Part shown: in pieces, positions 1-13,636 of the stretch
Layout of the letters: the number at the start of each line of letters is the position of its first letter
How positions within the stretch are numbered: position 1 is the stretch's first letter
Source of the DNA: Anolis carolinensis
Taxonomy: Eukaryota
Assembly: GCF_035594765.1 (NCBI RefSeq)
Contig: NW_026943820.1
Span: 5,960,647 to 6,024,646 of the forward strand
DNA: 64,000 nucleotides
Direction: 5' to 3'
Notes under the pieces: model-generated
The model's database searches: none
The model's input: only the letters and a program-made list of their open reading frames with translations
Told to the model about the DNA's origin: nothing
Program-made: the position numbers and the translations under genes

Positions 1-1189
1 AGGCTTTTCCATAATAGGGATTAAAACAATTTAGCTCTGGTTTATGGTATGATATGATATCTCTGTGCTAATAATGCTCATAATAAAATAAAACGGTTCT
101 ACAGTTTAAAAAATTGCAAAGGAGTTAATTCCTTAATATTCAAAACACAAAACACATTCATTTTGTAAGTCATTAAATTAAAAAATGTAAAACTTAGAAA
201 TAGCCAGTAACAAATGGGAAATGCTGATTCATACTTAAATATAACATTACTAACCTTTAACAGATGAAACAATACAAAAGTTGCAAAACACTAAATGGTG
301 CTTAAAAAGTTAATTGTTTAACCAACTGTTTCCTCACCATCAAGAACTGCACCAAGAGACAAGCAGCACAAGGCCTTTTTACAGCTACACACCACATGGG
401 TAGCTGCACATATTTGCTTCAAATAACCACACATTTACAAAAAGGCCTCTAACACGTGCAAACTCATGGATTAAAAATCAGCACTATGTTAGACATGACG
501 TCCAAGGCCATAAGCACATTTTGTTAAATGCACATAATCCCAGGAAATGGCACGCTGCTAATACAACATTTCTGCTGCACGCATTTGCATTTTCTAGTTT
601 TCCATTTGCATTATAAAAGGGTAAGGAATGGCCAAGGTCTAATTTAGTAACAGATGTTAACACCCTACAACGTTTTTCAGACTAGTGGACTAAAAAAAAT
701 TACCCAAGGTAAAATATATGCTTTGTATTCAGCGGGTAATAATAATGCTAGTGTTAATTTTTTCAGCCTGGGATGCATCTTACTCACTGTGAATTATGCA
801 AAGATTTTTCAGTGATGTTGCCAGAGAAACACAGCAAATGAGATTTAAAATAATAGTGCAGTATTGCATGATTTAGTTTTTAATGCAGGACCAGAGAATC
901 TCAGGCTATATGGCTAAACACAGATTCCCTGTAGTTCCAAATTTTGCTCTTTGGAGATGGGCCTGACAACTCCTTCTTCTCTCTCAGAGGTAAGCAAATG
1001 TTTTAAAAAGCGAACAAAACCAGATCCATTTGAGGCTGGGGCCCTTCCTCCGTATCCTATCCTCCCTGAAGTAAATAGACCCTATTTCCTGTTTTAGGGC
1101 CACCTAAAACCCATGAGTCTAAGATGACTTCATTTGTGAGGCGCAGTCCAGGTTTGGAGTCCCAAAAACAGGTAAAAAGTACATGTTAG

Positions 1190-1517
1190 CCCCCAGTGGC
1201 GAAGCGGATTAAACCACTGAGCTGCTGAACTTGCGGACTGAAAGGTCACAGGTTCAAATCCGGGGAGCAGAGTGAGCACCCGTTATTAGCCCCAGCATCT
1301 GCCAATCTAGCTGTTCGAAAACACACAAATGTGAGTAGATCAATAGGTACTGCCCCAGCGGGAAGGTAACGGCGCTCCATGCAGTCATGCTGGCCACATG
1401 ACTTTGGAGGTGTCTACTGACATCGCCGGCTCTTCAGCTTAGAAATGGAGATGAGCACCAACGCCCAGAATCGGACACAGCTGGACTTAATGTCAGAGGA
1501 AAATCTTTACCTTACCT
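1190..1517 (+). mobile_element. Sauria SINE, near full length
   Basis: tRNA-like head (ggttcaaatcc), core ggtaacggcgctccatgcagtcatg, (accttt)n-type tail; related copies elsewhere in the window. Confidence 0.85.
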
Positions 1518-1598
1518 AGTTTCAATCAAATGCGGTATTTAAAATGAATACATAAAAAACCTCAGCATTCTTTGAAAATAATAGAATATGCTACACAC

Positions 1599-1677
1599 CA
1601 GTTTGGAATCTCTGTCTTCACAAGGAGGTAAAGCAAAACAGAAAGGAGATCATCTGCACACATGGTCTCTATGTTCA
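1599..1677 (-). CDS. ANKRD27: ANKRD27 coding exon 10 (VPS9 ADDLL motif); gene continues beyond the window start
   Basis: VNIETMCADDLLSVLLYLLVKTEIPNW. Confidence 0.95.
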
Positions 1678-2517
1678 CTGAAAGGGGCAGGAGAAACGAG
1701 ATATGTAAAAATTCAACGTCTAATGCTTTGAATGAGAGCAAACATGACTAGTTAAGAGAAATTTTGATACACTAAACATTCTGCGTTCTCCTCCCCTTCC
1801 CAAGCAGCCAACAGCTTTAAAAAAGAGAAAATGCTTGACGCACTGAATAGCAAGAACATCTGGGCAGCATGTTATATATGGAATTGCACCAGGTAACACA
1901 CTGAGATTAAGAACACATAAACCTTAAGGTATGCACTGCAGTTTCCATTAACCCTAATTAGCACAGCCAACTGGAGGAGAGGATTCTGGACAATGTAGTC
2001 TAAGACAACATGAGGGCCCAAAGTTGTGTAATTCCAGGTGTAAATGTCTCTCATTTCAACCAACGTTTCACTGCAGTAAACTCATATAAGAGAAAATAAG
2101 CTTAGAGTAAAATATTTGTGCCCTTAGAGTTCCCACTACTCTTTGCAGTTTAGGTGCTCATAAAAGAGTCAACCCTTTGTGAGCCAGAGTAGTCTTCCCT
2201 AACCAGACCACCCTCCAGATGCCCTGACTGAAATATCCATCAATCCTAGTCAAGGATGCTGAGAGTTGTAGCCTAAAACATCTGGTAGATACAAACTTGG
2301 AGAAAAGGTTTTGAATACACTATCATTGACTATCTAACAAGCTTCAATTCAGAAGTAAGCTTGCCATTTCTAAATTATAATACGAAAGAATGAAAATGTT
2401 TTCCATTTTGGAAACATGTACATTTCAAATACAAAGGCACATTCATTTTTAAAGTGTGTGAAGAGTGCTTTATAGACTACAGATGAACATAATTATTTCA
2501 TTGCCATGGCTACATAC

Positions 2518-2639
2518 CTCTTTGACTTGGAGATTGCATTATAATTTGCACCACTTTACGGAGACAGAGGAGCTTCTGTTGTGGGGAGGTGCACTTATTC
2601 AGCTGGCTCAATTCACGTTTTGCACGTGGTATGTTAAAG
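2518..2639 (-). CDS. ANKRD27: ANKRD27 coding exon 9 (VPS9 domain)
   Basis: FNIPRAKRELSQLNKCTSPQQKLLCLRKVVQIIMQSPSQR. Confidence 0.95.
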
Positions 2640-3276
2640 CTGGAAAAAGTTTGTTTCAAAAGGAAGAAAATATTAATTTACAACAGACTGACATGGTACC
2701 AGTATTAAAAACTCAACGCCAAAAGCATTGTACATTCAGCCCTTCACATCTGCTGGGGTGAAGGGCACATGACCCCCATGAAAGTAAAAAAAATGCAAAT
2801 AAATAATATGCAGGGGTTTTTTTCTACCTCTGTACAAATTTCTAAGTCATCCAGCATGACTCTATGATCAGGTTCTGTTGGAAACTGTACACAGAATCAA
2901 ACGGGAGAAACTAGATTCCTTCTTGAGCTATGTTTTGTAGCCAGGAAGCTATTGCTCAGCAGTGTTCTCCTAAAACTAAAGACACGGCATTTCTAATCCT
3001 GGCAAGGAAGTGCCCATATGAGTCCACCTCATGCCCAATGCTGAATACACAGCTTGAGACTCTTCCCAATGTGGAAGTCAGACCATGTGATGCCAACATG
3101 TTACCCATTTTCAATCGAGCATTGGTCCTTCCAGAATAAATGTGGACTTCAAAGCCTTCCTTCCCCTTTAACAGTTATTCCTAACATCAGGTATATTTGT
3201 TCTTGGGAAGCATTCATAATAGATTACATGATGCAATAAAATCCAGGATTGGTTGGGAGGTACAGCTGCTCCAAGT

Positions 3277-3420
3277 CCTTTCTACACTGCCATATAATCC
3301 AGATTATTAATGCAGATAAATCACATGATTTGCTTTGAACTGGATTATATGAGTCTACACTGCCATATAATCCAGTTCAAAGCCAATCATCTGGATTTTA
3401 GATGGCAGTATACAAGGGGC
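3277..3420. mobile_element. Palindromic MITE (Harbinger-like; related copies near 12410-12540 and 63245-63320)
   Basis: Inverted ends ctacactgccatataatccag / ctggatt...atggcagt. Confidence 0.55.
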
Positions 3421-3532
3421 TTGAGAAATAGCTGCAATTACTTTGCTGGATTTTCCCTCTCATATTTCCAGAGTATAGCTGGGACCAAAACCAAGCTTGA
3501 GGTGAATGCTGGGGTCTCTTTAGGCAACACAC

Positions 3533-3609
3533 CTGAATTCAGGCTTGATACCCAGATCTTTCTGCTGCAGGTCTTGCAGACTTCGTGTCACTTTGTTGAA
3601 AGCTGCATC
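3533..3609 (-). CDS. ANKRD27: ANKRD27 coding exon 8
   Basis: DAAFNKVTRSLQDLQQKDLGIKPEF(S). Confidence 0.95.
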
Positions 3610-3685
3610 CTAGTCAGCAAGTAGAAAGAAAGCCATTTTAAATACTGGGAAGAGGCTGTAGCTAAAGAAACATTATGCTGTTGAA

Positions 3686-3772
3686 CAGGCATCGGCCAAC
3701 TTTGGCTCTCTCTCCAGATGTTTTGGACTTCAACTCCCACAATTCCTAACAGGCGGAGTTGGCCAATGCCTG
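3686..3772. mobile_element. Short hAT-like MITE
   Basis: caggcat...atgcctg termini; family recurs near 43894 and 53960. Confidence 0.55.
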
Positions 3773-4646
3773 CTGTAGAACAAAGGGAACTAGATTATGT
3801 GGATCTGACTTTAATTTTCCAAATCTTGTTTCAAGCGGATGTTCAAAAGGAAGAGAAAAACAACAGAAAAGGAGGGGGGAAATGAGCAAACAACTACTGC
3901 AGAGAGCAAAAGGTTAAGGAAAATAGATTGAAAAAATAATGCCAGAGAAAACAGATGAGACAAATGTATGACCTTTCCTGGGTGAAGTAAGATGAAGAAG
4001 AGAAAGCAGAGAAAGCAGGAGATAAGGATCAATAGAGGTTCATTTTTAGTAATGTGACATTTTGCCAAAGCCTTGGCAGCAACAGGAATTAACCCATTCA
4101 TGGATGGCTTCTTCTCCTGGCTGAGAATGACCTTGCGAGATGGCTTTTGGACATTAAATTAAAACCAGAGGGAAGCTCTAGGTACTGTGCAGAAGAGGGA
4201 AACACCAACCCATGTAGTGCCTCAAAATGTGCATCTGCTAACATAAGGAATATATATGCTTGTGGCTATCCCAACACCAGCTCTTCAGCTTAGAAATGGA
4301 GATAAGCACCATCTCCCAGAGTCAGACTCAACTATACTTAATGTCAAGGGGAAACCTTTACCTATTCCAACCTGAAATCTGCCTAAGTATATCACTGAGC
4401 TATGGAAGGAAAACTATTCCATGCATTTTTGTACTTGGCCAGCAACCCTAAATAGTATTCTAGCCAGTAGAATGGTTATAGTCTTTGGCTAAGACTTGGA
4501 GATCCAGCTTTATTCCTACTGGGCCATGAAATCCCCCAGGTAACCTTGGAAAGACCAGAAATGGGAAGGAAAGCTGAGCATACCACCTCGACCTTAGAGG
4601 AGGAAAAGTGGGAAATACTCAATATTAAACTGAAGAAAATACCTAC

Positions 4647-4712
4647 CTCACTTGCCTCGATAGTCCCCACATATTTAAAGATCGCGTCATAAAGAGCATG
4701 GTGAATATACAT
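4647..4712 (-). CDS. ANKRD27: ANKRD27 coding exon 7
   Basis: MYIHHALYDAIFKYVGTIEASE; AG/GTAGGT. Confidence 0.95.
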
Positions 4713-5119
4713 CTACAGAAAAACATACAAAAAGAAAATGGTTGTATTTTCTCTCTCCCCTATTTAATTCCACAAATCCCCTAGGTAACTTCCTGGAGAT
4801 GCCAGATACTTTGTGGTCATTCGAATCAGCACATTTAGCATGGCATATTCCCACTTCCATCAAGAATTCTCCCTTGTTTTAAAATTACATATTATCTGAC
4901 AACTCATTTTTAGGCTCATGCTAAAGCAGTCATTTTTACAAGCTTTCTCAACATAATTCTCTCTACAACACATTTATGGCTAAAGCTACTGTAGAACTAT
5001 TTCATGTATAGTGACATATTCTGCATTTTATTGAAGTACAGCCCTTCAAGAAAAAAATCTTTAATTCATGAACACATAAAACTTAGCTACAAAATTTCCA
5101 ATAGGCTCCAAGTACTCAC

Positions 5120-5173
5120 TTCCACAGCTTGCTTCATCAGATTCATTTGTGATTCTTGTTTTGCAAGCATTCT
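5120..5173 (-). CDS. ANKRD27: ANKRD27 coding exon 6
   Basis: RMLAKQESQMNLMKQAVE; AG/GTGAGT. Confidence 0.95.
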
Positions 5174-5482
5174 CTGTTTATCAGAAGGGTGAAACACACA
5201 GATTTAACATATATCGTTACCAAGAAAACAGACAACATTGTTTTCAAGCACTACATTAATGTCCAATGTCAATGATGTAATTTTCACTGTCATCTGAATA
5301 TACTCTGATTGCATTGTGAACTTCCCACCCCAACCACACCCTTGACTCTCTAAAATTATACTCCATGCATCTTAGGAAACAAGCTGTAGTCTGCAACTCG
5401 TAATATACATTTGACATGTGATTCCTTTAAACTGCAATAGACTGACATGGCTATCCCTTTAGAAAATTCATTATGTACTCAC

Positions 5483-5542
5483 AAGATGGGAATCTCTCAG
5501 TAATTGCTGGATGCATTTAGTGTAGAGTGCATTCACAGAATC
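5483..5542 (-). CDS. ANKRD27: ANKRD27 coding exon 5
   Basis: DSVNALYTKCIQQLLRDSHL; AG/GTGAGT. Confidence 0.95.
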
Positions 5543-5948
5543 CTAAAGACAAAAAAAGGAGAAAGGAAGAGAAAGTATCAAATACCTCAGAAGAAAAGAA
5601 ATGGAGCAGGGAAGAACACTGTAATTTCTCTTGAACACAAAGGTGTAAGAAAATTAAATATGTACAACAAGTACATTAATTGAAAAGGGACTGATTACTG
5701 TACAAAATTGTTCTAGACTTTGCACCATTGGGAAACAGATTTAGAGACACAATATTTTAAAACCAATTAATTTCATTTTAACCGAGTTCTTACTGAAAGT
5801 TTGACCCAAAAAAAGGAGGCAGCAAATGTTTTAAATGACACACCAATTGCATCGCTGGAATATTAAAAGAGGCATTTCTATACCAGAGATATGTATACAG
5901 ATGAGCAATGATACAAGATTCAGGCCTATAGGAAGTGAAGTTACTAAC

Positions 5949-6103
5949 TATATAATGTCGAAGAATTTTCCTGTCATGCTCCTTGAAGGTCCTGTGAAAA
6001 GATGCAATTGCTTTATCAAATTTTTCAGTGTGCCTTCCCAAGAACTCTCTCACGTCTTCAATGTTTCTCAGGGAGTAACAATTTGATGGTGCTGAAGTTT
6101 GTT
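5949..6103 (-). CDS. ANKRD27: ANKRD27 coding exon 4
   Basis: SLRNIEDVREFLGRHTEKFDKAIASFHRTFKEHDRKILRHYI; phase-compatible. Confidence 0.95.
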
Positions 6104-6800
6104 CTGAAATGGAGAGTAGTGGTTGGTTAGTATTCAGAAATATACTTAGCAGCAATTGATATAACAGTCATAAAAGAAAAAAAAAACACAAAAAAGAAGC
6201 TGGCAAGAAACGATGATTCCCCTATTGCTAGATGTTCTTGCATTCTGAACAGTTGCTTCTTCCATCAAGCATGCCCTGCTATGAGGTTGCTCCAAGTAAA
6301 TCTGCTAAGATAATGTAATCAACATTCCTACTGCTTCATGAGATGTTTCCCACACTGTTCAAGAAGATAGGCTGCGTACTCTAGATATACAGCAAGAATG
6401 AACAACCCGTGCTTCTCCAGATATTGGGCTTCAGCTTCCCACAAGCTTTACAACTAGTTATGCTAAGTAGTAAAAGAGGGGATTGCAGTATAATGGCATT
6501 CTCGGCCTGCAACAGGATGTTAATTGTGCTGATCTATAATGCTATCGAATTACAACCCCAAGCACTCACTATTGGCTTTGCTGGGAGATGTAGTAAACCC
6601 GAGTAATAAATAAGGAACGTATGAGTGGGCATTAGATTAAGTGATCATGCTCAAGTCCAACAACATCTGGCAAGCAGTACAATTCTGAGTGCCGCAAAAG
6701 GAATAACAGTCTTAAAACTGGCCAAATTGGAAACAGCTGGCACAGTGAAAGCAATATTGGTCCAAAGCATTTTGCTGCTTGTGAGAAAAGCACTACGAAC

Positions 6801-6957
6801 CTTTGTTTTCATTTTTCTCCAGAGAATGAGCTATACAGAGGATGCTAAAGCTCTCTTCTTTTTCATTGTAGAAGGTTTCCTCAAAGAGAATAGGTACTGA
6901 GCAATGATGGTTAAAGCCAGCCCCAGGTATGATCAAGTTTCCTTGTATGAAAATCTC
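6801..6957 (-). CDS. ANKRD27: ANKRD27 coding exon 3
   Basis: [48 protein letters not shown]; AG/GT. Confidence 0.95.
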
Positions 6958-7329
6958 CTGAAGGAACAGAAAGGACAAAGAGGCAAAAATGGTCAGAACC
7001 ATGTAAATAGTGCTAAATCTATGATGGTTTCAAGAGACTGCAAGCTTTATCCAAAACAGCTAGAAGAAAACAACAATATTCAATGTAGTAGTTGCTCTTT
7101 GACATGGCATTATGGACAGGATCCTAGGGTGTTATTATTAGAAATAAAGATCATGCAACAGTTTTAGGTTAAGAACTCTTATATGGCTTCTTTTAGCTTT
7201 TGAAACTTTACTGCTCAATTGACTTAGAATCCACTGGTTCCACTTAAGTCCATGAAACTACAAAAATATTGACTTGAGATCTTCACCCTTCTCAAACTGC
7301 TGTGGATTCCCATATTACATAATATATAC

Positions 7330-7440
7330 CTTTCCATTCAAAGTCTGAAAGTTTTCTTCCACGGCTCTAAGAATGTAGGAGTCAAACTGGCAAGCTGAGA
7401 TGAAGCTGCTTGAAAGACTTCCTTTGCATGGTACAAGCAT
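7330..7440 (-). CDS. ANKRD27: ANKRD27 coding exon 2
   Basis: [37 protein letters not shown]; AG/GT, phase 0-0. Confidence 0.95.
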
Positions 7441-7751
7441 CTAAACAAGTAAGAACACAATGTCAGAGGTACGTATACCAAGTAAGAGCCTAAAAACAAA
7501 ATATTCGATCAAAGTACCGACACACCAAACAGTAAAATCAGACAATTCTGAAAATCAAATCAGCCCCAGGTCCTTGTTACAAATGGAGGCCAGATGGGGA
7601 TCAGAACACAAACAAAGTGGGGCAGGACTGATCCAACACATTGTGCTGCCTCAGATGGGCACCCTCTCTCCGTTAGAGATTCAAATGCTGATTAAACTTC
7701 TACCTGAACATCTCTTCACTACTGACAACGGGTAGCATTTATAGGATGAAG

Positions 7752-7857
7752 GAATCATAGAATAGTAGAGTTGGAAGAGACCTCATGGGCCATCCAGTCC
7801 AACCCCCTGCCAAGAAGCAGGAAATCGCATTCAAAGCACCCCCGACAGATGGCCATT
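7752..7857 (-). mobile_element. CR1 LINE 3' end fragment
   Basis: atcatagaat...gagttggaagagacc...ccatccagtccaacccc. Confidence 0.7.
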
Positions 7858-7953
7858 TGGAATGCATAGCTCTCTTCCAGCAAAAAGCAGAGGACTGCCA
7901 CTGCTGTCCACCAGCACCGGCCACTTGAAGCAGTTACTTCAATTTGTCTAGAC

Positions 7954-8087
7954 CAGGGTTCTCAAACTCTGCTCATCCTGATGTTTTGAACTTCAGCTCT
8001 CACAATTCCTAATGGCTGATAAGATGGCTAGGATTTCTGGGAGCTGAAGTACAAAACATCTGGAGGAGCAGAGTTTGAGAACCCCTA
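7954..8087. mobile_element. hAT MITE
   Basis: TIR cagggttctcaaactctgctc; 8-bp TSD gtctagac/ttctagac. Confidence 0.8.
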
Positions 8088-8282
8088 TTCTAGACTATAG
8101 ATAGGGCTGACCCTTAGTGGAGGAAGAAATGCAATATGTTGTAGAACTGACCTTGAAACAGGCCACAAGCATCATTATTTTATCCTTTGGCTTCATATTC
8201 CTTGCTTTTAACAAATCCTGTATAAGGGGAGATCCTAGTTAGCGCAATTCATTCTTCCCAAAAGTCATCATGTTATACTTAC

Positions 8283-8384
8283 AATTCCATGTAGTTCTGC
8301 AACTTTCCTACAGAGATCAGGACGTCGCTTCTGCAAAGCTAAATAGAAGGAGTTCTTCAACAGGTCTTCATCATACACAGCCAT
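8283..8384 (-). CDS. ANKRD27: ANKRD27 (VARP) first coding exon; exon spans 8283-8416
   Basis: [34 protein letters not shown] matches the ANKRD27 N-terminus; ttttcag acceptor, GTAAGT donor. Confidence 0.95.
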
Positions 8385-9144
8385 AGGGGCCTTCAAGTAT
8401 CTGCCGCAGAGGCTTTCTGAAAAACAGTTATTCCCCCCATCTCAGAAGATCGTTTGATAAAACAAATTTACCATAGCTGTTGAAGGTGATCTTTGCCATC
8501 AATTTTTAGTAGTTTTAAGTAGGTACTGAAAAAAGAACTCCATACCTCCCCCTCAAAGCAGCCCTGCTAAACACTCCTGGTGGCTTCATCTGTTTGTGTT
8601 ACTCCTGTATTCCTCGCTCTAGGGACTGGGGCTGCAGCTATATAGAGAGCTAGTGGCTGCTAGTTCCTTCACCAACTTGCTTCCTCTCAGCTGATGCCCT
8701 GTCTTCCTTAGACCAGGTGCACAGGCAGAAGACCTGAAATCCTAACAAGCCCTAAAACAAGACTCCACTTCGTTCACACAAACATTCAGCCTCATTTCAA
8801 CAGACACAAGCTCTCCAAAACTCAATAGAACATAGACCTCTAAAAAGATCCCAAGCAAGACAGCCTCAGCTCATACAACAGCCTTAACTTAACAAACTCT
8901 CCTAAAGGACTTTTGGGTACTGGAGAGCTTTAATCCAACAGAGAGAAGTTCACTGCATGCTGTCTCTTCTACCATGCACACACAAAACACGGCTGTGTAC
9001 CTCGTCCTGCTAGTCATCTCAGTGTGTACGTGTGTGAGGCTATTGGAAAGACAAATCCAGATTGCAACACCTCCAAAAAGGCTTGATGGCAATACTTGTT
9101 TCCAGAACACCAATTCAAAAATATATCAGTGGTATCAACTAGAT

Positions 9145-9868
9145 CAGGGGTCCCCAAACTTTTTAAGCCGAGGGCCGGTCCACAATTCTTCAGACTGTTG
9201 AGGGGCCGGATTATCATTTAAAAAAACAAAACAAATTCTGATGCACACTGCACATGTCTTATTTGTAGTGCAAAAACAACAACAACAACAACAAGAAAAA
9301 TGAAAGAACAATACAATATTTAAAAATAAAAACAATTTTAACCAACATACATTGATCAGGATTTCAATGGGAAGTGTGGTCCTGCTTCTGGCCAATGAGA
9401 TAGTCAAGTTAATTAGGATTGTTATTGTTGTTGTTGTTGTTGTTGTTGTGTGCCTTCAAGTCATTTCAGACTTTGGGCGAGCCTAAGTCTAAAATGTATT
9501 TATTTATTATTTATTTATTTACTGCATTTATTTACTACATTTGTATCACACCCTTCTCACTCCAAAGGGGACTCAGAGTGGCTTACAAATTATATGTACA
9601 TACAATATATTATATTATTAGCATAGCTCAATATTAGCATTATATATTACTATATTGAACTATACCACTATACTGTAATATTATTAGTAATATTATATGT
9701 AATATAGAACATATAATTAATATTATTATATGGTATTATTATTAGTGTTATATTGTATTACATTATATGTATATACAATATATTATATTATAAAACTGAG
9801 GGCGCGGGCCAGGTAAATGACCTCGGAGGGCCGCATCCGGCCCCCAGGCCTTAGTTTGGGGACCCCTG
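9145..9868. mobile_element. Non-autonomous hAT element
   Basis: TIR caggggtccccaaact; perfect 8-bp TSD aactagat. Confidence 0.9.
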
Positions 9869-11155
9869 AACTAGATAATACCAGCAGACAGTGTTGTTTC
9901 CTCTTAGGAGCTAAAGCAATAAGTAGTCTTTTTAAAAAACAGAGGCAGACTTCTGTAAATATTGCAAGTTCAGTTCAAAAACGTATTTACTTCCAAATAT
10001 TCCATGGAGATCGGATCATAAAGCCAATTCAATCCAATCCAGATCACTGTGATTTGAAATCATTTTCATTTGACAGATGGCAGCTCCAACTGATCAGGAG
10101 GAGGAGTTCCCAATGAGAGCAGAATGTGGGATTACACGCCTTACACAAGTAACTAGCTCTAAACCGCTTAGTGGCCACCAAAGAGGCACAAGCCAAACCT
10201 AGAATGGCTCTTGGAGCCAGCTGGCAGCTCTCTTCCTTGCCGTGTTCCTTAATTCTTTTATTATTTCCAATGTATTTGCAAACTCTACAGCCACTTAATC
10301 CACAGACCATTCATTCAAGCTAATGGCAGGGTGGAGGGAGGCAGCCATGGTTGAATGAAAGTCCTTCTTATATCATTAGCTCAACACAGCTGGATGTGGA
10401 ATATTTATTGGAGAACATTGAAATATTGCAGGTTATATGTGGGTGGGGAAGTATAACCTGGATGTTGTGACTTCATTTCTCTGGCATCTTTACAAAGTCT
10501 ATTATGTTGCATTAATATTTCATGTCTGCATTTTCTCTTCTGAAATGAACTCAGCCAAAAATATTGGATTCTGTCCTTTTTATCCTTACAACCAACTGAA
10601 TAGCAAGTTATACTGGTTGGTGACTATTTTCTCAAGTTCATCAACTCAGAATTTAAGCTATACATTCAGATGAAATCACCTGGCACAAGTTAAAATATCC
10701 CATTATAAACAATTCCCTGAATATTAGATAACATTATTTGTGAGGCACTAACCTTACGCTTTGGCAGCCCAACTCCAATATACAAAATGCAGGTTAGTGT
10801 AATTGCCTTGGATGCTTATGTTCTATTAAAGAAGCTGAATCAAAGCTCTGATAGTTTGGCTTCTAGCATTCAGATGCCCATAAGGAAAAAAAAACCCATG
10901 CAATAATCAAAACATAGCACTGAGACGGAGAAGCATTTGTAACTTCTTAGTATAAGAGGCAATCTGGTGTAGCAACTGGTCCTCTATATGTTTGGACTAC
11001 AACTCAGAAATCCATACGGCATGGCCAGATTGCGGGAGATGTAGAAAAGAACATCTGAAATTCTTAATCTTTCATTCTATCTCAGTCTTTTATGAAACTG
11101 GTTAGCTTCATAAAAGAAAAGCAAGGACCTAAATGCATAAGTAGTACTAGATACT

Positions 11156-11330
11156 GTCTGATCTTGGAAGCTAAGCAGGGTTAGTCCTGCATAGAAGTTG
11201 GATGGGAGACAATCAACAAATACAAGGTACTATAGACTACATTTTAGAGGAAGGAATTGGCAAATTGGCTAAGAAAACCCCAGGAAATTCATGAAGTTGC
11301 CATTTATCAACAGGAAATTTGAAGACATGT
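11156..11330 (+). mobile_element. 5S rRNA-derived SINE (degenerate)
   Basis: tctgatcttggaagctaagcaggg...ttggatgggagac resembles 5S A/C boxes, followed by a non-5S SINE body. Confidence 0.7.
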
Positions 11331-13636
11331 ATACAAGCAAGGGTTGAAAGGCAGAAGTAGCTTGCACATTGTCCAAATTTCTGCACAGCCATGGGCAAGT
11401 TACATTTTTAAATCTTAAAGCCAAACATGCTTAGAGTGGCCAGTAACTCAAATGACTTGAAGGGACACCATAAGCAGCATGATCTGTAACAACTCCAAAG
11501 CCACTGACATAAATAAGTCAGAAATAAATTGGTTTAAATTGTTAGTGAATTTATTGTTTCAGTTTCAAAAGGAGAGTTCTGCTATCCCTTTCCAAGAAAG
11601 TCAGTTCCCAAGATTTGGTAATGATTTACGCATGTAGCCACATGACATTGAATTAGTTTGTGTTTAATGCATGAAAATGGTATTCACTGAATAACTAGGC
11701 ATGCTGTGTTGTTTGCCAATTACAAATTAAATATACTTGCTTTATTTCCCTGAGTAATCACTACGTGAACTTATGCAAGCTTTTAACACAATATTTGCCA
11801 GTATAACAGAATAAAGACAAGCACATCTGATTAGAATAGGAAATTAAATTCAAATTCCATACAGCTAAACATTCTCAGATAGTATCAAAATGTGAATGAT
11901 TATAATCTAAGAATTACATTTCTTTGGAATGAAGATTCCACACTTTTTTTTTTTGCTCAAAGCTTATCAGAATTCTTAACAAACACGCTTAAGCTGCTTT
12001 TAGTATTTTTGTAACATTAAGAGATCTGGAGTTATAAATGTTAAAAAAGTGCATTCATGTTTCAGTCTAGGAATTACAACATCCATACTATTCAAGCTAC
12101 CATATAGTATCATTCAATGGGACTTGATATGCTTAGGATTGTATTATATATGCTTGTTCAGAGTCCATCCTTGGGGTTAGATATCTTAGATTAGCATGAA
12201 GTAAGCCACTTTCACCAAAGAGCAGCATCTGAGCAAATTATAGTCAACTGCACTGGAAGTCTTAAACACAAGACTACCAAATCGGTTCAAGTTACTGCTT
12301 TAATAAGTCATTGTCTTTGCACATTTTGTATAAAGAAACAATGGATTCTGTATTAACTATTTTTCTAAGGTACATCATCTAAGCTGTAGAATTCGTGCAG
12401 TCTGAGGCTGGATTTACACTGCCATATTCAGTTTTTGAATCCAGATTATCTTCTTTGAACTGGATTACCTGACATATAATCTAGTTCAAAGCAGATCATC
12501 TCAATTCAGAAACTGGATTATATGACAGTGTAGTTGGGGCCTGACACTACTTTAACTGCCACGAATCAATGAATCATAGAGGTTTCAGTTTTGCAAGGTC
12601 TTTGGTCTTCCCTGTCAAATAGTACTGGTGTCTCATCAAACTACAAATCCCAGAATTCCACAGTTAGTTTTCAAAGTTAGTGATTTTAAAAGACATTAAT
12701 TCTACAGTATAGACACTTCACTTACTATACACCAGAGGTAGGTAATAATGTCTTTCCAGATATGGACTGGAACTTCCATAATATGCAGTATGCCGAGTAG
12801 AGATGAGAGCGGTGGACAAAAAAAGTCTGGAGGATTGTGGTTGTCCCCCTCCAGCTCCATATATAGTTACCTTCCCCTCAATTATTCTATTTCCAAACAA
12901 AAAGGTACAGTGACAAGAGTCTTTGCCCTCATGCAACCAGTCTCCACAAAAGCTTCCGCAAACATGCTGAGTCACTTGTTATTATTAGCACTACTGACAA
13001 CTATTAGTAAAACTGCTGTTGATATACAATTATTACCTCTTGCCTTCTATCCAAGAACAAATGCATCTACACTGTAGGATAAATGCAGTTTGAAACCATT
13101 TTAAATGACATCCTGGTTGTTATAGTTTGGTGAGACACTAGCACTCTTTGGCAGAGAAGGCTCAAGACCTTATAAAACCACAACTCCCATGATTCCTTAG
13201 CATATAGCCATGGCTGCTAACGTGGTGTCAAACTGCATTCATTCCATAGTGAGGCCAGAGCTGCTTGAACTTTTCCACTCAGGACTCCTTTCGGCCTGAG
13301 AAATTTGTAAGTGACCCCCAAGTATATATAAGAAAATGTACAATAATCAAAAATTGATTGATAACAAAATCAGCATTTGCAAGGATTGCTAAACAGGCTG
13401 GTTTCCCCTCTAATTAAGTATACAGCTGAGGCATTTTCCTGCAGAGTTCACTGTAAACATTAACAGGATTTGTGAAAATGTAGAGGTAGCATTCAGAAAC
13501 CTTTCACTATTGTCAATTTTTGGGACCCCAAACATTGAGCCAAGATGTGGGAAGGATACAGTTTGAGAAGCAGCAGACCAGGCCTCACAGAGCAGTGTTT
13601 CGCCCACATCTATGGCAGGCATCCTCAGAGGTTGTA

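Noticed and set aside
11156-11240. 5S rRNA gene
   Set aside because: Truncated, heavily diverged and fused to a SINE body; not a functional rRNA
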